DNA of 64,000 nt, taken from sequence record OL362041.1; one strand, 5' to 3'. The notes under the pieces are model-generated. The model saw nothing but the letters and a program-made list of their open reading frames with translations, was not told the origin of the DNA and did not search any database. The first letter of the stretch is position 1. The number at the start of each line of letters is the position of its first letter. This DNA is from Escherichia phage vB_Eco_OMNI12. Both the position numbers and the translations under genes were made by a program. Below, piece after piece: positions 18,657 through 36,195 of the stretch.

Positions 18657-21600
18657 CAGTAAAAGCACCTTCAGTCACTAGTCTCAGAATTTCCAAGTTA
18701 TCCGCAAATCAGGTGCAAGTACGCTGGGATGACGTTGGTGCTAATTTCTACTATTTTGTAGAAATCGCTGAGACAAAAACAGACTCGGGGGAAAATCTCC
18801 CGAGTGATCAATATCGTTGGATTAATTTAGGATATACAGCAAACAATAGTTTCTTTTTTGATGATGCTGATCCACTAACATCATACATCATTAGAGTAGC
18901 TACAGCTGCGCAAGATTTTGAGCAGTCTGATTGGATTTATACCGAAGAGTTTGAAACTTTTGCTACAAATGCTTATACATTTCAAAACATGATTGAAATG
19001 CAATTAGCCAATAAATTCATTCAGGAAAAATTTACTCTTAATAATTCTGATTATGTTAATTTTAACAATGACACTATAATGGCTGCATTGATGAATGAAT
19101 CATTTCAATTCAGCCCATCGTATGTTGATGTTTCATCAATAAGTAATTTTATTATTGGTGAAAATGAGTATCATGAAATACAAGGTTCTATTCAGCAAGT
19201 ATGTAAGGATATTAACCGAGTTTATTTGATGGAATCAGAAGGAATTCTATATCTTTTTGAGCGCTATCAACCTGTAGTTAAAGTATCCAATGATAAAGGA
19301 CAAACCTGGAAAGCTGTAAAGCTCTTCAATGACCGTGTAGGATATCCTTTATCTAAGACAGTATATTACCAATCTGCGAACACAACATACGTTCTAGGAT
19401 ACGACAAGATTTTCTACGGCCGTAAATCTACTGATGTTAGATGGTCAGCAGATGATGTCAGATTTAGTTCGCAGGATATAACATTTGCTAAACTTGGTGA
19501 CCAATTGCATCTAGGATTTGATGTAGAAATTTTTGCCACTTATGCGACTTTACCAGCGAATGTATACCGCATTGCAGAAGCTATTACTTGCACCGATGAT
19601 TACATTTACGTTGTCGCCAGAGATAAAGTTAGATACATAAAAACGAGTAATGCACCTATAGATTCTGATCCATTATCTCCAACATATTCGGAAAGACTTT
19701 TTGAACCTGATACAATGACTATAACTGGAAATCCTAAAGCAGTATGCTATAAAATGGATTCTATTGGTGATAAAGTTTTTGCTCTTATTATCGGTGAAGT
19801 TGAAACATTAAATGCTAATCCTAGAACGTCAAAAATAATTGATTCTGCTGATAAAGGAATATATGTTTTAAATCATGACACAAAAACGTGGAAAAGAGTT
19901 TTTGGCAACACTGAAGAAGAAAGAAGACGTATTCAACCTGGATACGCAAACATGTCAACTGACGGTAAATTAGTTTCTCTGTCTTCGAGTAATTTTAAAT
20001 TTTTAAATGATAACGTTGTTAATGACCCTGAAACTATGGTGAAATATCAGTTAATCGGTGCCGTTAAATATGAATTTCCTCGTGAATGGTTAGCTGATAA
20101 GCATTATCATATGATGGCATTTATAGCAGATGAAAAGTCTGATTGGGAAACTTTTACGCCTCAGCCAATGAAATACTATGCAGAACCGTTCTTTAACTGG
20201 TCTAAAAAGTCTAATACACGGTGCTGGATAAACAACTCTAATAGGGCTGTGGTAGTTTATGCTGATTTAAAATACACTAAAGTTATTGAAAATTTTCCAG
20301 AAACATCGCCAGATAGATTAGTTCATGAATACTGGGATGATGGTGATTGTACGATAGTAATGCCAAATGTTAAATTCACGGGATTTAAAAAATATGCGTC
20401 TGGGATGCTTTTTTATAAATCTTCTGGTGAAATAATTTCTTACTATGATTTTAACTATCGTGTGAGAGATACAGTAGAAATTATTTGGAAGCCGACTGGA
20501 GTATTTTTAAAAGCATTTTTACAAAACCAAGAGCATGAGACTCCTTGGTCACCAGAAGAAGAGCATGGATTAGCTGATCCTGATTTAAGACCATTAATTG
20601 GCACAATGATGCCTGATTCTTATTTGTTGCAGGATTCGAATTTTGAGGCATTTTGCGAAGCATATATTCAGTATCTTTCTGATGGATATGGAACTCAGTA
20701 TAACAATTTACGAAATTTAATTCGTAACCAATATCCACGAGAAGAGCATGCGTGGGAATATTTGTGGTCAGAGATATATAAAAGAAACATTTATTTAAAT
20801 GCTGATAAACGTGATGCTGTTGCGAGATTCTTTGAATCACGTAGCTATGATTTTTATTCTACTAAAGGAATTGAAGCATCATACAAGTTTCTTTTTAAAG
20901 TTCTTTATAATGAAGAAGTTGAAATTGAAATTGAATCTGGGGCCGGTACTGAATATGACATAATCGTTCAATCTGATTCTTTGACTGAAGATTTAGTAGG
21001 ACAAACGATTTATACAGCCACAGGAAGATGTAATGTTACTTATATAGAAAGAAGTTATTCTAATGGTAAATTGCAATGGACCGTAACTATTCATAATCTT
21101 TTGGGAAGATTAATTGCTGGTCAAGAAGTTAAAGCAGAAAGACTCCCTAGTTTTGAAGGCGAAATTATTCGTGGAGTTAAAGGAAAGGATTTGCTTCAAA
21201 ACAATATAGACTATATTAATAGAAGTAGATCATACTATGTAATGAAAATTAAATCCAATTTACCTTCTTCCCGCTGGAAATCTGACGTTATTCGTTTTGT
21301 TCATCCAGTAGGATTTGGATTTATAGCAATTACCCTTTTAACGATGTTTATTAATGTTGGTTTAACTCTTAAACACACAGAGACAATAATTAATAAATAT
21401 AAAAACTATAAATGGGATTCTGGATTGCCTACTGAATATGCTGATAGAGTAGCTAAATTAACTCCAACCGGTGAAATTGAGCATGATTCAGTAACAGGCG
21501 AAGCAATTTATGAGCCTGGCCCAATGGCTGGTGTAGAATATCCTCTTCCTGATGACTATAATGCTGAAAATAATAATTCAATATTTCAAGGTCAATTGCC

Positions 21601-21751
21601 GTCTGAACGACGTAAATTAATGAGTCCTTTATTTGATGCATCTGGAACAACATTTGCGCAATTTAGAGATTTAGTTAATAAACGTCTAAAAGATAATATA
21701 GGAAATCCAAGAGACCCTGAAAATCCAACACAGGTTAAAATAGATGAATGA
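18653..21751 (+). CDS. 7: Baseplate wedge protein gp7
   Basis: 1032 aa. Confidence 0.93.
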   Translation: MTVKAPSVTSLRISKLSANQVQVRWDDVGANFYYFVEIAETKTDSGENLPSDQYRWINLGYTANNSFFFDDADPLTSYIIRVATAAQDFEQSDWIYTEEFETFATNAYTFQNMIEMQLANKFIQEKFTLNNSDYVNFNNDTIMAALMNESFQFSPSYVDVSSISNFIIGENEYHEIQGSIQQVCKDINRVYLMESEGILYLFERYQPVVKVSNDKGQTWKAVKLFNDRVGYPLSKTVYYQSANTTYVLGYDKIFYGRKSTDVRWSADDVRFSSQDITFAKLGDQLHLGFDVEIFATYATLPANVYRIAEAITCTDDYIYVVARDKVRYIKTSNAPIDSDPLSPTYSERLFEPDTMTITGNPKAVCYKMDSIGDKVFALIIGEVETLNANPRTSKIIDSADKGIYVLNHDTKTWKRVFGNTEEERRRIQPGYANMSTDGKLVSLSSSNFKFLNDNVVNDPETMVKYQLIGAVKYEFPREWLADKHYHMMAFIADEKSDWETFTPQPMKYYAEPFFNWSKKSNTRCWINNSNRAVVVYADLKYTKVIENFPETSPDRLVHEYWDDGDCTIVMPNVKFTGFKKYASGMLFYKSSGEIISYYDFNYRVRDTVEIIWKPTGVFLKAFLQNQEHETPWSPEEEHGLADPDLRPLIGTMMPDSYLLQDSNFEAFCEAYIQYLSDGYGTQYNNLRNLIRNQYPREEHAWEYLWSEIYKRNIYLNADKRDAVARFFESRSYDFYSTKGIEASYKFLFKVLYNEEVEIEIESGAGTEYDIIVQSDSLTEDLVGQTIYTATGRCNVTYIERSYSNGKLQWTVTIHNLLGRLIAGQEVKAERLPSFEGEIIRGVKGKDLLQNNIDYINRSRSYYVMKIKSNLPSSRWKSDVIRFVHPVGFGFIAITLLTMFINVGLTLKHTETIINKYKNYKWDSGLPTEYADRVAKLTPTGEIEHDSVTGEAIYEPGPMAGVEYPLPDDYNAENNNSIFQGQLPSERRKLMSPLFDASGTTFAQFRDLVNKRLKDNIGNPRDPENPTQVKIDE

Positions 21752-22748
21752 TTCAAGTGTTATCTATCGTGCGATAGTTACTTCAAAATTTAGAACAGAA
21801 AAAATGTTGAATTTTTATAATTCAATTGGAAGTGGTCCGGATAAAAACACTATCTTTATCACATTTGGAAGATCAGAACCGTGGTCATCAAATGAAAATG
21901 AGGTGGGCTTTGCCCCACCTTATCCAACCGATTCTGTATTAGGCGTAACTGACATGTGGACGCATATGATGGGAACAGTAAAGGTTCTTCCATCAATGCT
22001 TGACGCAGTTATTCCTCGTCGAGATTGGGGAGATACTAGATATCCGGATCCATACACATTTAGAATTAACGATATTGTAGTGTGTAACTCAGCTCCTTAC
22101 AACGCTACTGAATCAGGCGCAGGCTGGTTAGTATATCGTTGTTTAGATGTTCCTGATACTGGAATGTGTTCAATCGCATCTTTAACTGATAAGGATGAAT
22201 GCCTTAAATTAGGCGGAAAATGGACACCTTCTGTTAGGTCAATGACTCCTCCTGAAGGTCGAGGAGATGCTGAAGGAACAATTGAACCTGGGGACGGGTA
22301 TGTATGGGAATATCTTTTTGAGATTCCACCCGATGTATCTATAAATAGATGCACGAATGAATATATTGTGGTTCCTTGGCCTGAGGAATTAAAAGAAGAC
22401 CCGACTAGATGGGGATATGAAGATAATCTCACTTGGCAACAAGATGATTTTGGATTAATTTACCGGGTTAAGGCAAATACTATCCGTTTTAAAGCATATT
22501 TAGATTCAGTTTATTTTCCTGATGCTGCATTGCCAGGAAATAAAGGATTTAGACAAATATCAATAATCACGAATCCTCTTGAAGCTAAAGCTCATCCAAA
22601 TGACCCAAACGTTAAAGCTGAAAAGGATTATTATGACCCAGAAGATTTAATGAGGCATTCGGGCGAAATGATTTATATGGAAAATAGGCCACCTATTATT
22701 ATGGCAATGGATCAAACAGAAGAAATCAATATTCTGTTTACATTTTAA
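21744..22748 (+). CDS. 8: Baseplate wedge protein gp8
   Basis: 334 aa. Confidence 0.93.
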   Translation: MNDSSVIYRAIVTSKFRTEKMLNFYNSIGSGPDKNTIFITFGRSEPWSSNENEVGFAPPYPTDSVLGVTDMWTHMMGTVKVLPSMLDAVIPRRDWGDTRYPDPYTFRINDIVVCNSAPYNATESGAGWLVYRCLDVPDTGMCSIASLTDKDECLKLGGKWTPSVRSMTPPEGRGDAEGTIEPGDGYVWEYLFEIPPDVSINRCTNEYIVVPWPEELKEDPTRWGYEDNLTWQQDDFGLIYRVKANTIRFKAYLDSVYFPDAALPGNKGFRQISIITNPLEAKAHPNDPNVKAEKDYYDPEDLMRHSGEMIYMENRPPIIMAMDQTEEINILFTF

Positions 22749-22753
22749 ATTAA

Positions 22754-22771
22754 GGGAGCCCATGGGCTCCC
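22754..22771 (+). terminator. Stem-loop GGGAGCC-CATG-GGCTCCC followed by TTTTT after gene 8
   Basis: Perfect 7-bp GC-rich stem plus T-run. Confidence 0.65.
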
Positions 22772-22779
22772 TTTTTCTT

Positions 22780-22787
22780 TATAAATA
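22780..22787 (+). promoter_or_regulatory. Late promoter TATAAATA upstream of gene 9
   Basis: Exact motif 25 nt upstream of ATG. Confidence 0.6.
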
Positions 22788-22811
22788 CTATAAACTCATA
22801 AGGAAACCGCT

Positions 22812-23678
22812 ATGTTCATTCAAGAACCAAAGAAATTGATTGATACCGGCGAAATTGGTAACGCTTCTACTGGTGATATCTTATTCGACGGTGGTAATAA
22901 AATTAATAGTGATTTTAACGCAATTTATAATGCGTTTGGCGATCAGCGTAAAATGGCAGTAGCAAATGGCACTGGAGCAGATGGTCAAATTATCCATGCT
23001 ACTGGGTATTATCAAAAACACTCTATTACAGAGTACGCAACTCCAGTGAAAGTTGGCACTAGACATGATATTGATACCTCTACTGTAGGTGTTAAAGTTA
23101 TTATTGAAAGAGGCGAACTCGGCGATTGTGTTGAATTCATTAACTCTAATGGATCAATATCAGTTACTAATCCTTTAACAATTCAAGCTATTGATTCAAT
23201 TAAAGGTGTTTCAGGTAATTTAGTAGTAACTAGCCCATATAGTAAAGTAACTTTACGCTGTATTTCATCTGATAATTCTACATCGGTTTGGAATTATTCT
23301 ATTGAAAGTATGTTTGGACAAAAGGAATCACCAGCTGAAGGTACATGGAATATTTCTACATCCGGATCAGTTGATATTCCACTATTTCATCGCACTGAAT
23401 ACAATATGGCTAAATTGTTAGTTACGTGCCAATCGGTAGATGGAAGAAAAATTAAAACGGCAGAAATAAATATTCTTGTAGATGCTGTTAATTCAGAAGT
23501 CATTTCTTCTGAATATGCTGTCATGCGGGTTGGAAATGAAACAGAAGAAGACGAAATCGCTAATATTGCATTTAGTATTAAAGAAAATTATGTAACGGCA
23601 ACTATAAGTTCTTCAACTGTCGGTATGAGAGCAGCAGTTAAAGTTATCGCTACGCAGAAAATCGGGGTGGCTCAATAA
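22812..23678 (+). CDS. 9: Baseplate wedge / long tail fiber socket gp9
   Basis: 288 aa. Confidence 0.93.
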   Translation: MFIQEPKKLIDTGEIGNASTGDILFDGGNKINSDFNAIYNAFGDQRKMAVANGTGADGQIIHATGYYQKHSITEYATPVKVGTRHDIDTSTVGVKVIIERGELGDCVEFINSNGSISVTNPLTIQAIDSIKGVSGNLVVTSPYSKVTLRCISSDNSTSVWNYSIESMFGQKESPAEGTWNISTSGSVDIPLFHRTEYNMAKLLVTCQSVDGRKIKTAEINILVDAVNSEVISSEYAVMRVGNETEEDEIANIAFSIKENYVTATISSSTVGMRAAVKVIATQKIGVAQ

Positions 23679-25483
23679 TGAAACAAAATATTAATATCGG
23701 TAATGTTGTAGATGATGGTACCGGTGACTACCTGCGTAAAGGTGGTATAAAAATAAATGAAAACTTTGATGAACTTTATTATGAACTTGGCGATGGAGAT
23801 GTTCCATATTCAGCCGGTGCCTGGAAAACTTATAATGCTTCATCCGGTCAAACATTAAAAGCTAAGTGGGGAAAATCATACGCTATTAATACCTCTTCTG
23901 GAAGAGTAACTTTACAACTTCCTAAAGGAACTGTTAATGATTATAATAAAGTAATTAGAGCTAGGGATGTATTTGCAACATGGAACATTAATCCAGTTAC
24001 TTTAGTAGCTGCTTCTGGGGATACAATTAAAGGGTCGTCATCGTCAGTTGAAATTAATATTCAATTTAGTGATTTAGAGCTCGTTTATTGCGCTCCAGGA
24101 CGTTGGGAGTATGTCAAAAACAAACAAATTGATAAAATTATTAGTTCAGATATTAGTAATGTAGCTCGCAAAGAATTTTTAGTAGAAGTTCAAGGACAAA
24201 CTGACTTTTTAGATGTTTTCCGCGGAACTAGCTATAATGTTAATAACATCCGAGTAAAACACCGTGGTAATGAATTATATTACGGCGATGTATTTAGTGA
24301 AAACAGTGACTTTGGCTCTCCCGGAGAAAATGAAGGAGAATTGATTCCTCTTGATGGATTTAATATTAGGTTAAGACAGCCTTGTAATATTGGTGACACT
24401 GTTCAAATTGAAACATTTATGGATGGTGTATCACAATGGAGAAGTTCATATACAAGACGCCAAATAAAAGTATTAGATTCAAAACTAACGTCAAAAACGT
24501 CTTTAGAAGGAAGTATTTACGTTACTGATTTATCAACAATGAAATCAATTCCATTTTCTGCATTTGGATTAATTCCTGGAGAACCTATTAATCCTAATTC
24601 TCTTGAAGTTCGTTTTAATGGAATTTTACAACAACAAGCTGGAACAGCAGGATATCCTCTGTTTTTGTGTGAAGGTGCTAACTCAGATACGCAAGCAGGA
24701 TGTATATCTCTTGGTGGTGAATGGAAAGAATCGAACACAGATTATTCTATAGAATATGAAGATGGAAAACCTGTCAGTCTTTTATTTGATAGAAAATTTG
24801 AATCAGGTGATATAATCGTTATAACATGGTTTAATAATGATTTAGGAACTCTTTTAGAAAAAGATGACATTATTGAATTAACTGATGACCGTTATGTTAG
24901 TAAAGGATCATCTACTGAAGTTACTGGGGATGTAGCCTTAACAGATTTTGATAAAATCGGTTGGCCAAATGTTGAAAAAGTTGATTCTTATACTAGAACG
25001 TATAATTCAATATCATCTATTTTCGACAGCATTTATCCTGTTGGTTCAATTTATGAAAATGCTATAAATCCAAATAATCCGGTGACTTATATGGGATTTG
25101 GTTCATGGAAATTATTTGGTAAAGGACAAGTTTTAGTAGGATGGAATGATGATGTTACGGATCCAAACTTTGCTTTAAACAATAATGATTTAGATTCTAG
25201 CGGAAATCCTTCACATACTGCCGGTGGAACAGTTGGAACAACATCGGTGACACTTGAGAACGCAAATCTTCCTGCGACTAAAACTGATGAAAAAGTTTTA
25301 ATTGAAGATGAAAACGGATCAGTTATTATTGGAGGTTGTCAATATGACCCAGACGAAACTGGTCCTATATATACAAAATATCGTGAAGACTACGCAACAA
25401 CAAACTCTTCACATACTCCTCCTACTAATATTAGTAATATTCAACCGTCTATTACTGTATACCGTTGGATAAGGATTGCATAA
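23678..25483 (+). CDS. 10: Baseplate wedge protein gp10
   Basis: 601 aa. Confidence 0.93.
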   Translation: MKQNINIGNVVDDGTGDYLRKGGIKINENFDELYYELGDGDVPYSAGAWKTYNASSGQTLKAKWGKSYAINTSSGRVTLQLPKGTVNDYNKVIRARDVFATWNINPVTLVAASGDTIKGSSSSVEINIQFSDLELVYCAPGRWEYVKNKQIDKIISSDISNVARKEFLVEVQGQTDFLDVFRGTSYNVNNIRVKHRGNELYYGDVFSENSDFGSPGENEGELIPLDGFNIRLRQPCNIGDTVQIETFMDGVSQWRSSYTRRQIKVLDSKLTSKTSLEGSIYVTDLSTMKSIPFSAFGLIPGEPINPNSLEVRFNGILQQQAGTAGYPLFLCEGANSDTQAGCISLGGEWKESNTDYSIEYEDGKPVSLLFDRKFESGDIIVITWFNNDLGTLLEKDDIIELTDDRYVSKGSSTEVTGDVALTDFDKIGWPNVEKVDSYTRTYNSISSIFDSIYPVGSIYENAINPNNPVTYMGFGSWKLFGKGQVLVGWNDDVTDPNFALNNNDLDSSGNPSHTAGGTVGTTSVTLENANLPATKTDEKVLIEDENGSVIIGGCQYDPDETGPIYTKYREDYATTNSSHTPPTNISNIQPSITVYRWIRIA

Positions 25484-26142
25484 TGAGTTTACTTAATAAT
25501 AAAGCGGGAGTTATTTCCCGCTTAGCAGATTTTCTTGGTTTTAGAACTAAGAAAAATGATATTTCGGTTATGAATAATCAGCCAGTAGGCGCTGTAACAA
25601 TTTCACAAATAGCAAAAGGTTTTTATGACCCGAATGTAGAATCTGCTATCAATGATGTTAGAAATATGGCAGAGCAACCGGTTGGAGCTGTATTAGTTAA
25701 TATAAGCGGCGTATCTCCTACTGGCGTGCAACAAACCGACTATTGGTCATTTGAAGGAACTGTTACTGATACTTCAGTCAAATCAGGTGACCCAGTTATT
25801 GTTAACATGTTTGGTATTCCAGTTAAAGCTACTAATGGAATGACTTCAATTGAATTTACTAGTGCTGTTAGAACAGCTCTACAGGAAATGGTTGTAAAAT
25901 TTATTGCAATTGATTCATTTGAAGACCATCCTACTATAGGGAATAAAATACAAGTTAAGTATTTAGATAACCAAGAACATATCTTAGAGCAATACTCTGA
26001 TAAAGGAATTACTTTCAAACAAGAAATAATTTCTCCTTCTAAACCCGGGTATGGAACTTGGCAATTATTAGGTGCGCAAACTGTTACGCTAGATAGTCAT
26101 ACACAACCTACAGTATTTTATTATTTTGAGAGAATAGCATGA
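25483..26142 (+). CDS. 11: Baseplate wedge protein gp11 (short tail fiber attachment)
   Basis: ORF track 25465..26142 begins at TTG; ATG start at [14 protein letters not shown] gives 219 aa. Confidence 0.9.
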   Translation: MSLLNNKAGVISRLADFLGFRTKKNDISVMNNQPVGAVTISQIAKGFYDPNVESAINDVRNMAEQPVGAVLVNISGVSPTGVQQTDYWSFEGTVTDTSVKSGDPVIVNMFGIPVKATNGMTSIEFTSAVRTALQEMVVKFIAIDSFEDHPTIGNKIQVKYLDNQEHILEQYSDKGITFKQEIISPSKPGYGTWQLLGAQTVTLDSHTQPTVFYYFERIA

Positions 26143-27689
26143 GTAACAATACATATCAGCACGTATCAAATGAATCAAAATATGTTAAATTCGATCCTAC
26201 TGGATCGAATTTTCCTGGCACTGTTACGACAGTACAGTCTGCATTATCAAAAATAAGTAATATCGGCGTAAATGGTATTCCTGATGCAACTATGGAAGTT
26301 AAAGGAATAGCAATGATTGCATCAGAGCAAGAGGTTTTAGATGGAACAAATAATTCTAAAATCGTTACACCAGCTACATTAGCAACAAGATTATTGTATC
26401 CAAATGCTACTGAAACTAAATATGGTTTAACGCGCTATTCAACAAATGAAGAAACATTAGAAGGCTCAGATAATAATTCATCAATAACGCCGCAAAAACT
26501 GAAATACCATACTGATGATGTGTTCCGAAATAGATATTCATCTGAGTCATCAAACGGGGTTATTAAAATATCATCTACGCCTGCGGCTTTGGCTGGTGTT
26601 GATGATACTACGGCGATGACTCCGCTAAAAACCCAAAAACTCGCAATAAAATTAATTTCACAAATAGCTCCTTCCGAAGATACTGCATCAGAATCTGTGA
26701 GAGGTGTGGTTCAATTATCAACTGTTGCGCAAACTCGTCAAGGAACTCTCCGCGAAGGATATGCAATTTCTCCGTATACCTTTATGAATTCTGTTGCAAC
26801 ACAAGAATATAAGGGTGTTATACGTTTAGGAACACAATCGGAAATTAACAGTAATTTAGGAGATGTTGCAGTAACAGGTGAAACACTAAATGGTCGAGGA
26901 GCTACTGGTTCTATGCGTGGAGTAGTTAAATTAACGACGCAAGCCGGTATTGCCCCTGAAGGTGATAGCTCTGGAGCATTAGCATGGAACGCAGATGTAA
27001 TTAATACTCGTGGTGGACAAACTATTAATGGTTCTTTAAATTTAGACCATCTTACAGCAAATGGAATTTGGTCACGCGGTGGAATGTGGAAAAATGGCGA
27101 TCAACCTGTTGCCACTGAAAGATATGCGTCCGAACGAGTTCCGGTTGGAACTATTATGATGTTTGCGGGTGATTCAGCACCTCCAGGTTGGATTATGTGT
27201 CATGGTGGAACCGTGTCAGGTGACCAATTTCCTGATTATAGAAACGTAGTTGGAACAAGATTTGGTGGCGATTGGAATAATCCTGGCGTTCCTGATATGC
27301 GGGGTCTTTTCGTCAGAGGAGCCGGCACAGGCGGTCATATTTTAAATCAACGTGGACAAGATGGCTATGGAAAGGATAGACTGGGCGTAGGATGTGACGG
27401 AATGCATGTTGGTGGTGTTCAGGCACAACAAATGTCATACCATAAACATGCTGGTGGTTGGGGTGAATATAACAGAAGTGAAGGCCCATTTGGCGCGTCA
27501 GTTTATCAAGGATATCTTGGAACTAGAAAATATTCCGACTGGGATAATGCTTCATACTTCACTAATGATGGATTTGAATTAGGTGGACCGAGAGATGCTC
27601 ATGGTACACTTAATCGTGAAGGATTAATTGGTTATGAAACTAGACCATGGAATATATCATTAAACTATATTATTAAAGTTCATTACTAA
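26139..27689 (+). CDS. 12: Short tail fiber gp12
   Basis: 516 aa. Confidence 0.93.
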   Translation: MSNNTYQHVSNESKYVKFDPTGSNFPGTVTTVQSALSKISNIGVNGIPDATMEVKGIAMIASEQEVLDGTNNSKIVTPATLATRLLYPNATETKYGLTRYSTNEETLEGSDNNSSITPQKLKYHTDDVFRNRYSSESSNGVIKISSTPAALAGVDDTTAMTPLKTQKLAIKLISQIAPSEDTASESVRGVVQLSTVAQTRQGTLREGYAISPYTFMNSVATQEYKGVIRLGTQSEINSNLGDVAVTGETLNGRGATGSMRGVVKLTTQAGIAPEGDSSGALAWNADVINTRGGQTINGSLNLDHLTANGIWSRGGMWKNGDQPVATERYASERVPVGTIMMFAGDSAPPGWIMCHGGTVSGDQFPDYRNVVGTRFGGDWNNPGVPDMRGLFVRGAGTGGHILNQRGQDGYGKDRLGVGCDGMHVGGVQAQQMSYHKHAGGWGEYNRSEGPFGASVYQGYLGTRKYSDWDNASYFTNDGFELGGPRDAHGTLNREGLIGYETRPWNISLNYIIKVHY

Positions 27690-27698
27690 GGATTACAA

Positions 27699-29156
27699 AT
27701 GATTGAATTAAAAGAGTTACCTTTTGTTGATAGCGTTCCTGACGAAGGTCAGGAACGTATTTCATGGATTAAAAATGGTGAAGAAATATTAGGAGCTAGT
27801 ACTAAGTATGGAAATGATGGATCAATGAATAGACCAATTGTTTCCGTGTTTAAAAACGTCGAAGTTCTTGATGAAAATGTGGGAATTCTTAAAACTGCCA
27901 TTGAAACATCACAGAAAGATATTAAAACAATTCAAGGAGTTTTAGATGTATCAGGAGATATAGAAGCACTATCGCAGATCAGTGTTAATAAAAATGACAT
28001 ATCGAATTTAAAGACACTTACCAGTGAACACACTGATATATTAACTGGAACTAATAATACAGTTGACAAAATTATTGCTGATATAGGTCCATTTAATGAT
28101 GAAGAAAACTCTGTTTATAGAACAATTAGAAATGATTTATTGTGGATTAAACAGGAATTAGGACAATATTCTGGCCAAGACATTAACGGTCTTCCTGTTG
28201 TTGGTAATGCTAGCACAGGAATGAAACACAGAATAATAACAAATAGTACATTATTATCTTCACAAGGCATTCGTTTAAGTGAATTAGAAAATAAATTTAC
28301 TGAATCTGACGTAGGATCATTAACTGTTGAAGTTGGTAAATTACGTGATGAACTTGGTAATAAACCAGTAGATTTTGGGCCAAATATTTATAATAGATTA
28401 AACACCATAGATGATAAACAAACTTTAATAATTTCTGATATAGCAGAAATTAAATCTTCTATTGGATACCCAGAAAATGTTTCTATAATAACAGAAATTA
28501 ATAATAACAAAAGTAGCATTGAAGCTATTAATAATGAATTAAATCAGAGTGAAGGTGTTAAACAGCGCTTAACGGCTATTGAAACTTCTATAGGTTCAGA
28601 TGATATTCCTTCTAGTATTAAAGGAAAAATTAAAAATCACACAACTTCTATTGAGTCTTTAAACGGAATTGTTGGTGAAAACACTTCGTCTGGTTTAAGA
28701 GCGAATGTTTCGTGGTTAAATCAAATTGTTGGAACTGACTCCAGCGGAGGACAACCGTCTCCTTCTGGATCTCTATTAAATAAAGTTTCAGTGCTTGAAG
28801 GAGAAGTTTCAGTTTTAAACAATAATGTTCAAAATATACAAGTTGAAATAGGAAATAATAGAACAGGAATTAAAGGTCAAGTTATTGAACTTACTTCACT
28901 TATAAATGGAAATAATCCTGACGGATCAACTGTTGAAGAACGAGGATTAACTAATTCTATAAAAACGAATGAAACTAACATTGCGGCAGTCACGCATGAA
29001 GTAAATACAGCTAAAGACAATATATCCTCTTTACAGAGCAGCGTTCAAGCTCTACAAGAAGCGGGTTATATTCCTGAAGCTCCAAAAGATGGCCAAGCTT
29101 ACGTTCGTAAAGACGGCGAATGGGTACTACTTTCTACCTTTTTATCACCAGCATAA
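27699..29156 (+). CDS. wac: Fibritin (whisker antigen control) with C-terminal foldon
   Basis: 485 aa coiled coil ending [27 protein letters not shown]. Confidence 0.95.
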   Translation: MIELKELPFVDSVPDEGQERISWIKNGEEILGASTKYGNDGSMNRPIVSVFKNVEVLDENVGILKTAIETSQKDIKTIQGVLDVSGDIEALSQISVNKNDISNLKTLTSEHTDILTGTNNTVDKIIADIGPFNDEENSVYRTIRNDLLWIKQELGQYSGQDINGLPVVGNASTGMKHRIITNSTLLSSQGIRLSELENKFTESDVGSLTVEVGKLRDELGNKPVDFGPNIYNRLNTIDDKQTLIISDIAEIKSSIGYPENVSIITEINNNKSSIEAINNELNQSEGVKQRLTAIETSIGSDDIPSSIKGKIKNHTTSIESLNGIVGENTSSGLRANVSWLNQIVGTDSSGGQPSPSGSLLNKVSVLEGEVSVLNNNVQNIQVEIGNNRTGIKGQVIELTSLINGNNPDGSTVEERGLTNSIKTNETNIAAVTHEVNTAKDNISSLQSSVQALQEAGYIPEAPKDGQAYVRKDGEWVLLSTFLSPA

Positions 29157-29159
29157 CAT

Positions 29160-29175
29160 GGGGCCGCAAGGCCCC
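29160..29175 (+). terminator. Stem-loop GGGGCC-GCAA-GGCCCC after wac
   Basis: GC-rich hairpin between wac and gene 13. Confidence 0.5.
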
Positions 29176-29187
29176 AAAGGATTTTAA

Positions 29188-30889
<1,702 letters not shown>

Positions 30890-30930
30890 TAAATATTATA
30901 AACTAATTAAAGCCCAGATTAGGAGAAATC

Positions 30931-34071
<3,141 letters not shown>

Positions 34072-34099
34072 TATTAAAGCATATTAAAGAGGATTAAAA

Positions 34100-36079
34100 A
34101 TGACTTTATTATCTCCGGGCATTGAGCTCAAAGAAACTACGGTTCAAAGCACCGTGGTTAATAACTCTACTGGTACAGCAGCTTTGGCCGGTAAATTCCA
34201 GTGGGGTCCTGCTTTTCAGATTAAACAGGTTACAAACGAAGTAGATTTAGTTAATACTTTTGGTCAACCTACAGCTGAAACTGCTGACTATTTTATGTCT
34301 GCAATGAATTTCTTACAATATGGAAATGATTTGCGAGTTGTGCGCGCTGTCGATAGAGATACCGCTAAAAACTCATCTCCGATTGCTGGTAATATTGAAT
34401 ACACAATTTCTACCCCAGGTAGTAACTACGCGGTTGGAGATAAAATCACGGTCAAATATGTTTCAGAAGATGTTGAAACAGAAGGTAAAATTACCGAAGT
34501 AGATGCTGATGGAAAAATTAAGAAAATTAATATTCCTACTGCAAAAATTATTGCTAAAGCTAAAGAAGTTGGCGAATACCCAACATTAGGTTCTAACTGG
34601 ACCGCGGAAATTTCTTCATCTTCTTCCGGTTTAGCTGCAGTAATAACTCTTGGAAAAATTATTACTGATTCTGGTATTTTATTAGCTGAAATTGAAAATG
34701 CTGAAGCTGCTATGACAGCGGTTGACTTTCAAGCAAATCTCGAAAAATACGGAATTCCAGGAGTAGTAGCTCTTTATCCAGGCGAATTAGGCGATAAAAT
34801 TGAAATTGAAATCGTATCTAAAGCTGACTATGCAAAAGGAGCTTCTGCATTACTCCCAATTTATCCAGGTGGCGGAACACGTGCATCTACTGCCAAAGCA
34901 GTGTTTGGATATGGACCACAAACTGATTCACAATACGCTATTATAGTTCGTCGCAATGATGCTATTGTTCAAAGTATTGTTCTTTCAACAAAGCGTGGTG
35001 AAAAAGATATTTACGATAGTAACATCTACATTGATGACTTTTTCACAAAAGGCGGTTCAGAATATATTTTCGCAACTGCACAAAACTGGCCAGAAGGATT
35101 CTCTGGAATTTTAACTCTGTCTGGTGGATTATCATCAAATGCTGAAGTAACAGCAGGAGATTTAATGGAAGCCTGGGACTTCTTTGCTGACCGTGAATCT
35201 GTTGACGTTCAGTTGTTTATTGCGGGTTCTTGTGCCGGTGAATCTTTAGAAACAGCATCTACTGTCCAAAAACACGTCGTTTCAATTGGGGATGCTCGCC
35301 AGGATTGCTTAGTATTATGCTCACCACCGCGCGAAACTGTAGTTGGAATTCCTGTAACTCGCGCTGTTGATAACTTAGTCAATTGGAGAACCGCAACAGG
35401 TTCATACACTGATAATAACTTTAATATCAGTTCAACCTATGCAGCAATTGATGGTAACTACAAATATCAGTATGACAAATATAATGATGTCAATCGCTGG
35501 GTTCCATTAGCAGCTGATATTGCCGGTTTATGTGCAAGAACCGATAACGTTTCTCAGACTTGGATGTCTCCAGCTGGTTATAATCGCGGCCAGATTCTTA
35601 ACGTTATTAAACTTGCTATTGAAACTCGCCAAGCTCAGCGCGACCGTTTATACCAAGAAGCTATCAACCCAGTAACTGGTACAGGTGGTGATGGTTACGT
35701 ATTATATGGTGATAAAACAGCTACTTCTGTTCCTTCTCCATTTGATCGTATTAACGTTCGTCGTCTGTTTAATATGTTGAAAACGAATATCGGACGTAGT
35801 TCAAAATATCGTTTGTTCGAATTAAACAACGCGTTTACTCGTTCATCATTCCGCACAGAAACTGCCCAATACTTACAGGGAATTAAAGCTCTCGGTGGAA
35901 TTTATGAATATCGTGTAGTTTGCGATACAACAAATAACACTCCGTCAGTAATTGATAGAAATGAGTTTGTTGCAACATTCTACATCCAACCTGCACGCAG
36001 TATAAATTATATCCAACTTAACTTCGTTGCGACTGCTACTGGTGCAGATTTCGATGAGTTGACTGGTCTTGCAGGTTAA
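34100..36079 (+). CDS. 18: Tail sheath protein gp18
   Basis: 659 aa. Confidence 0.95.
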   Translation: MTLLSPGIELKETTVQSTVVNNSTGTAALAGKFQWGPAFQIKQVTNEVDLVNTFGQPTAETADYFMSAMNFLQYGNDLRVVRAVDRDTAKNSSPIAGNIEYTISTPGSNYAVGDKITVKYVSEDVETEGKITEVDADGKIKKINIPTAKIIAKAKEVGEYPTLGSNWTAEISSSSSGLAAVITLGKIITDSGILLAEIENAEAAMTAVDFQANLEKYGIPGVVALYPGELGDKIEIEIVSKADYAKGASALLPIYPGGGTRASTAKAVFGYGPQTDSQYAIIVRRNDAIVQSIVLSTKRGEKDIYDSNIYIDDFFTKGGSEYIFATAQNWPEGFSGILTLSGGLSSNAEVTAGDLMEAWDFFADRESVDVQLFIAGSCAGESLETASTVQKHVVSIGDARQDCLVLCSPPRETVVGIPVTRAVDNLVNWRTATGSYTDNNFNISSTYAAIDGNYKYQYDKYNDVNRWVPLAADIAGLCARTDNVSQTWMSPAGYNRGQILNVIKLAIETRQAQRDRLYQEAINPVTGTGGDGYVLYGDKTATSVPSPFDRINVRRLFNMLKTNIGRSSKYRLFELNNAFTRSSFRTETAQYLQGIKALGGIYEYRVVCDTTNNTPSVIDRNEFVATFYIQPARSINYIQLNFVATATGADFDELTGLAG

Positions 36080-36095
36080 TACGGTGCATTCTAAA

Positions 36096-36113
36096 GGCCT
36101 GTTTCGGCAGGCC
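36096..36113 (+). terminator. Stem-loop GGCCTG-TTTCGG-CAGGCC after gene 18
   Basis: GC-rich hairpin; no clear T-run. Confidence 0.4.
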
Positions 36114-36114
36114 A

Positions 36115-36181
36115 TATAAATACACTATATCCTTAATTCTTTAATTCTATATGCCCTAGGTTAAACATAGGGATATAAATA
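36115..36181 (+). promoter_or_regulatory. Two late promoter motifs TATAAATA (36115-36122 and 36174-36181) upstream of gene 19
   Basis: Exact motifs in the 18-19 intergenic region. Confidence 0.5.
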
Positions 36182-36195
36182 CTACAGAGGCTAAT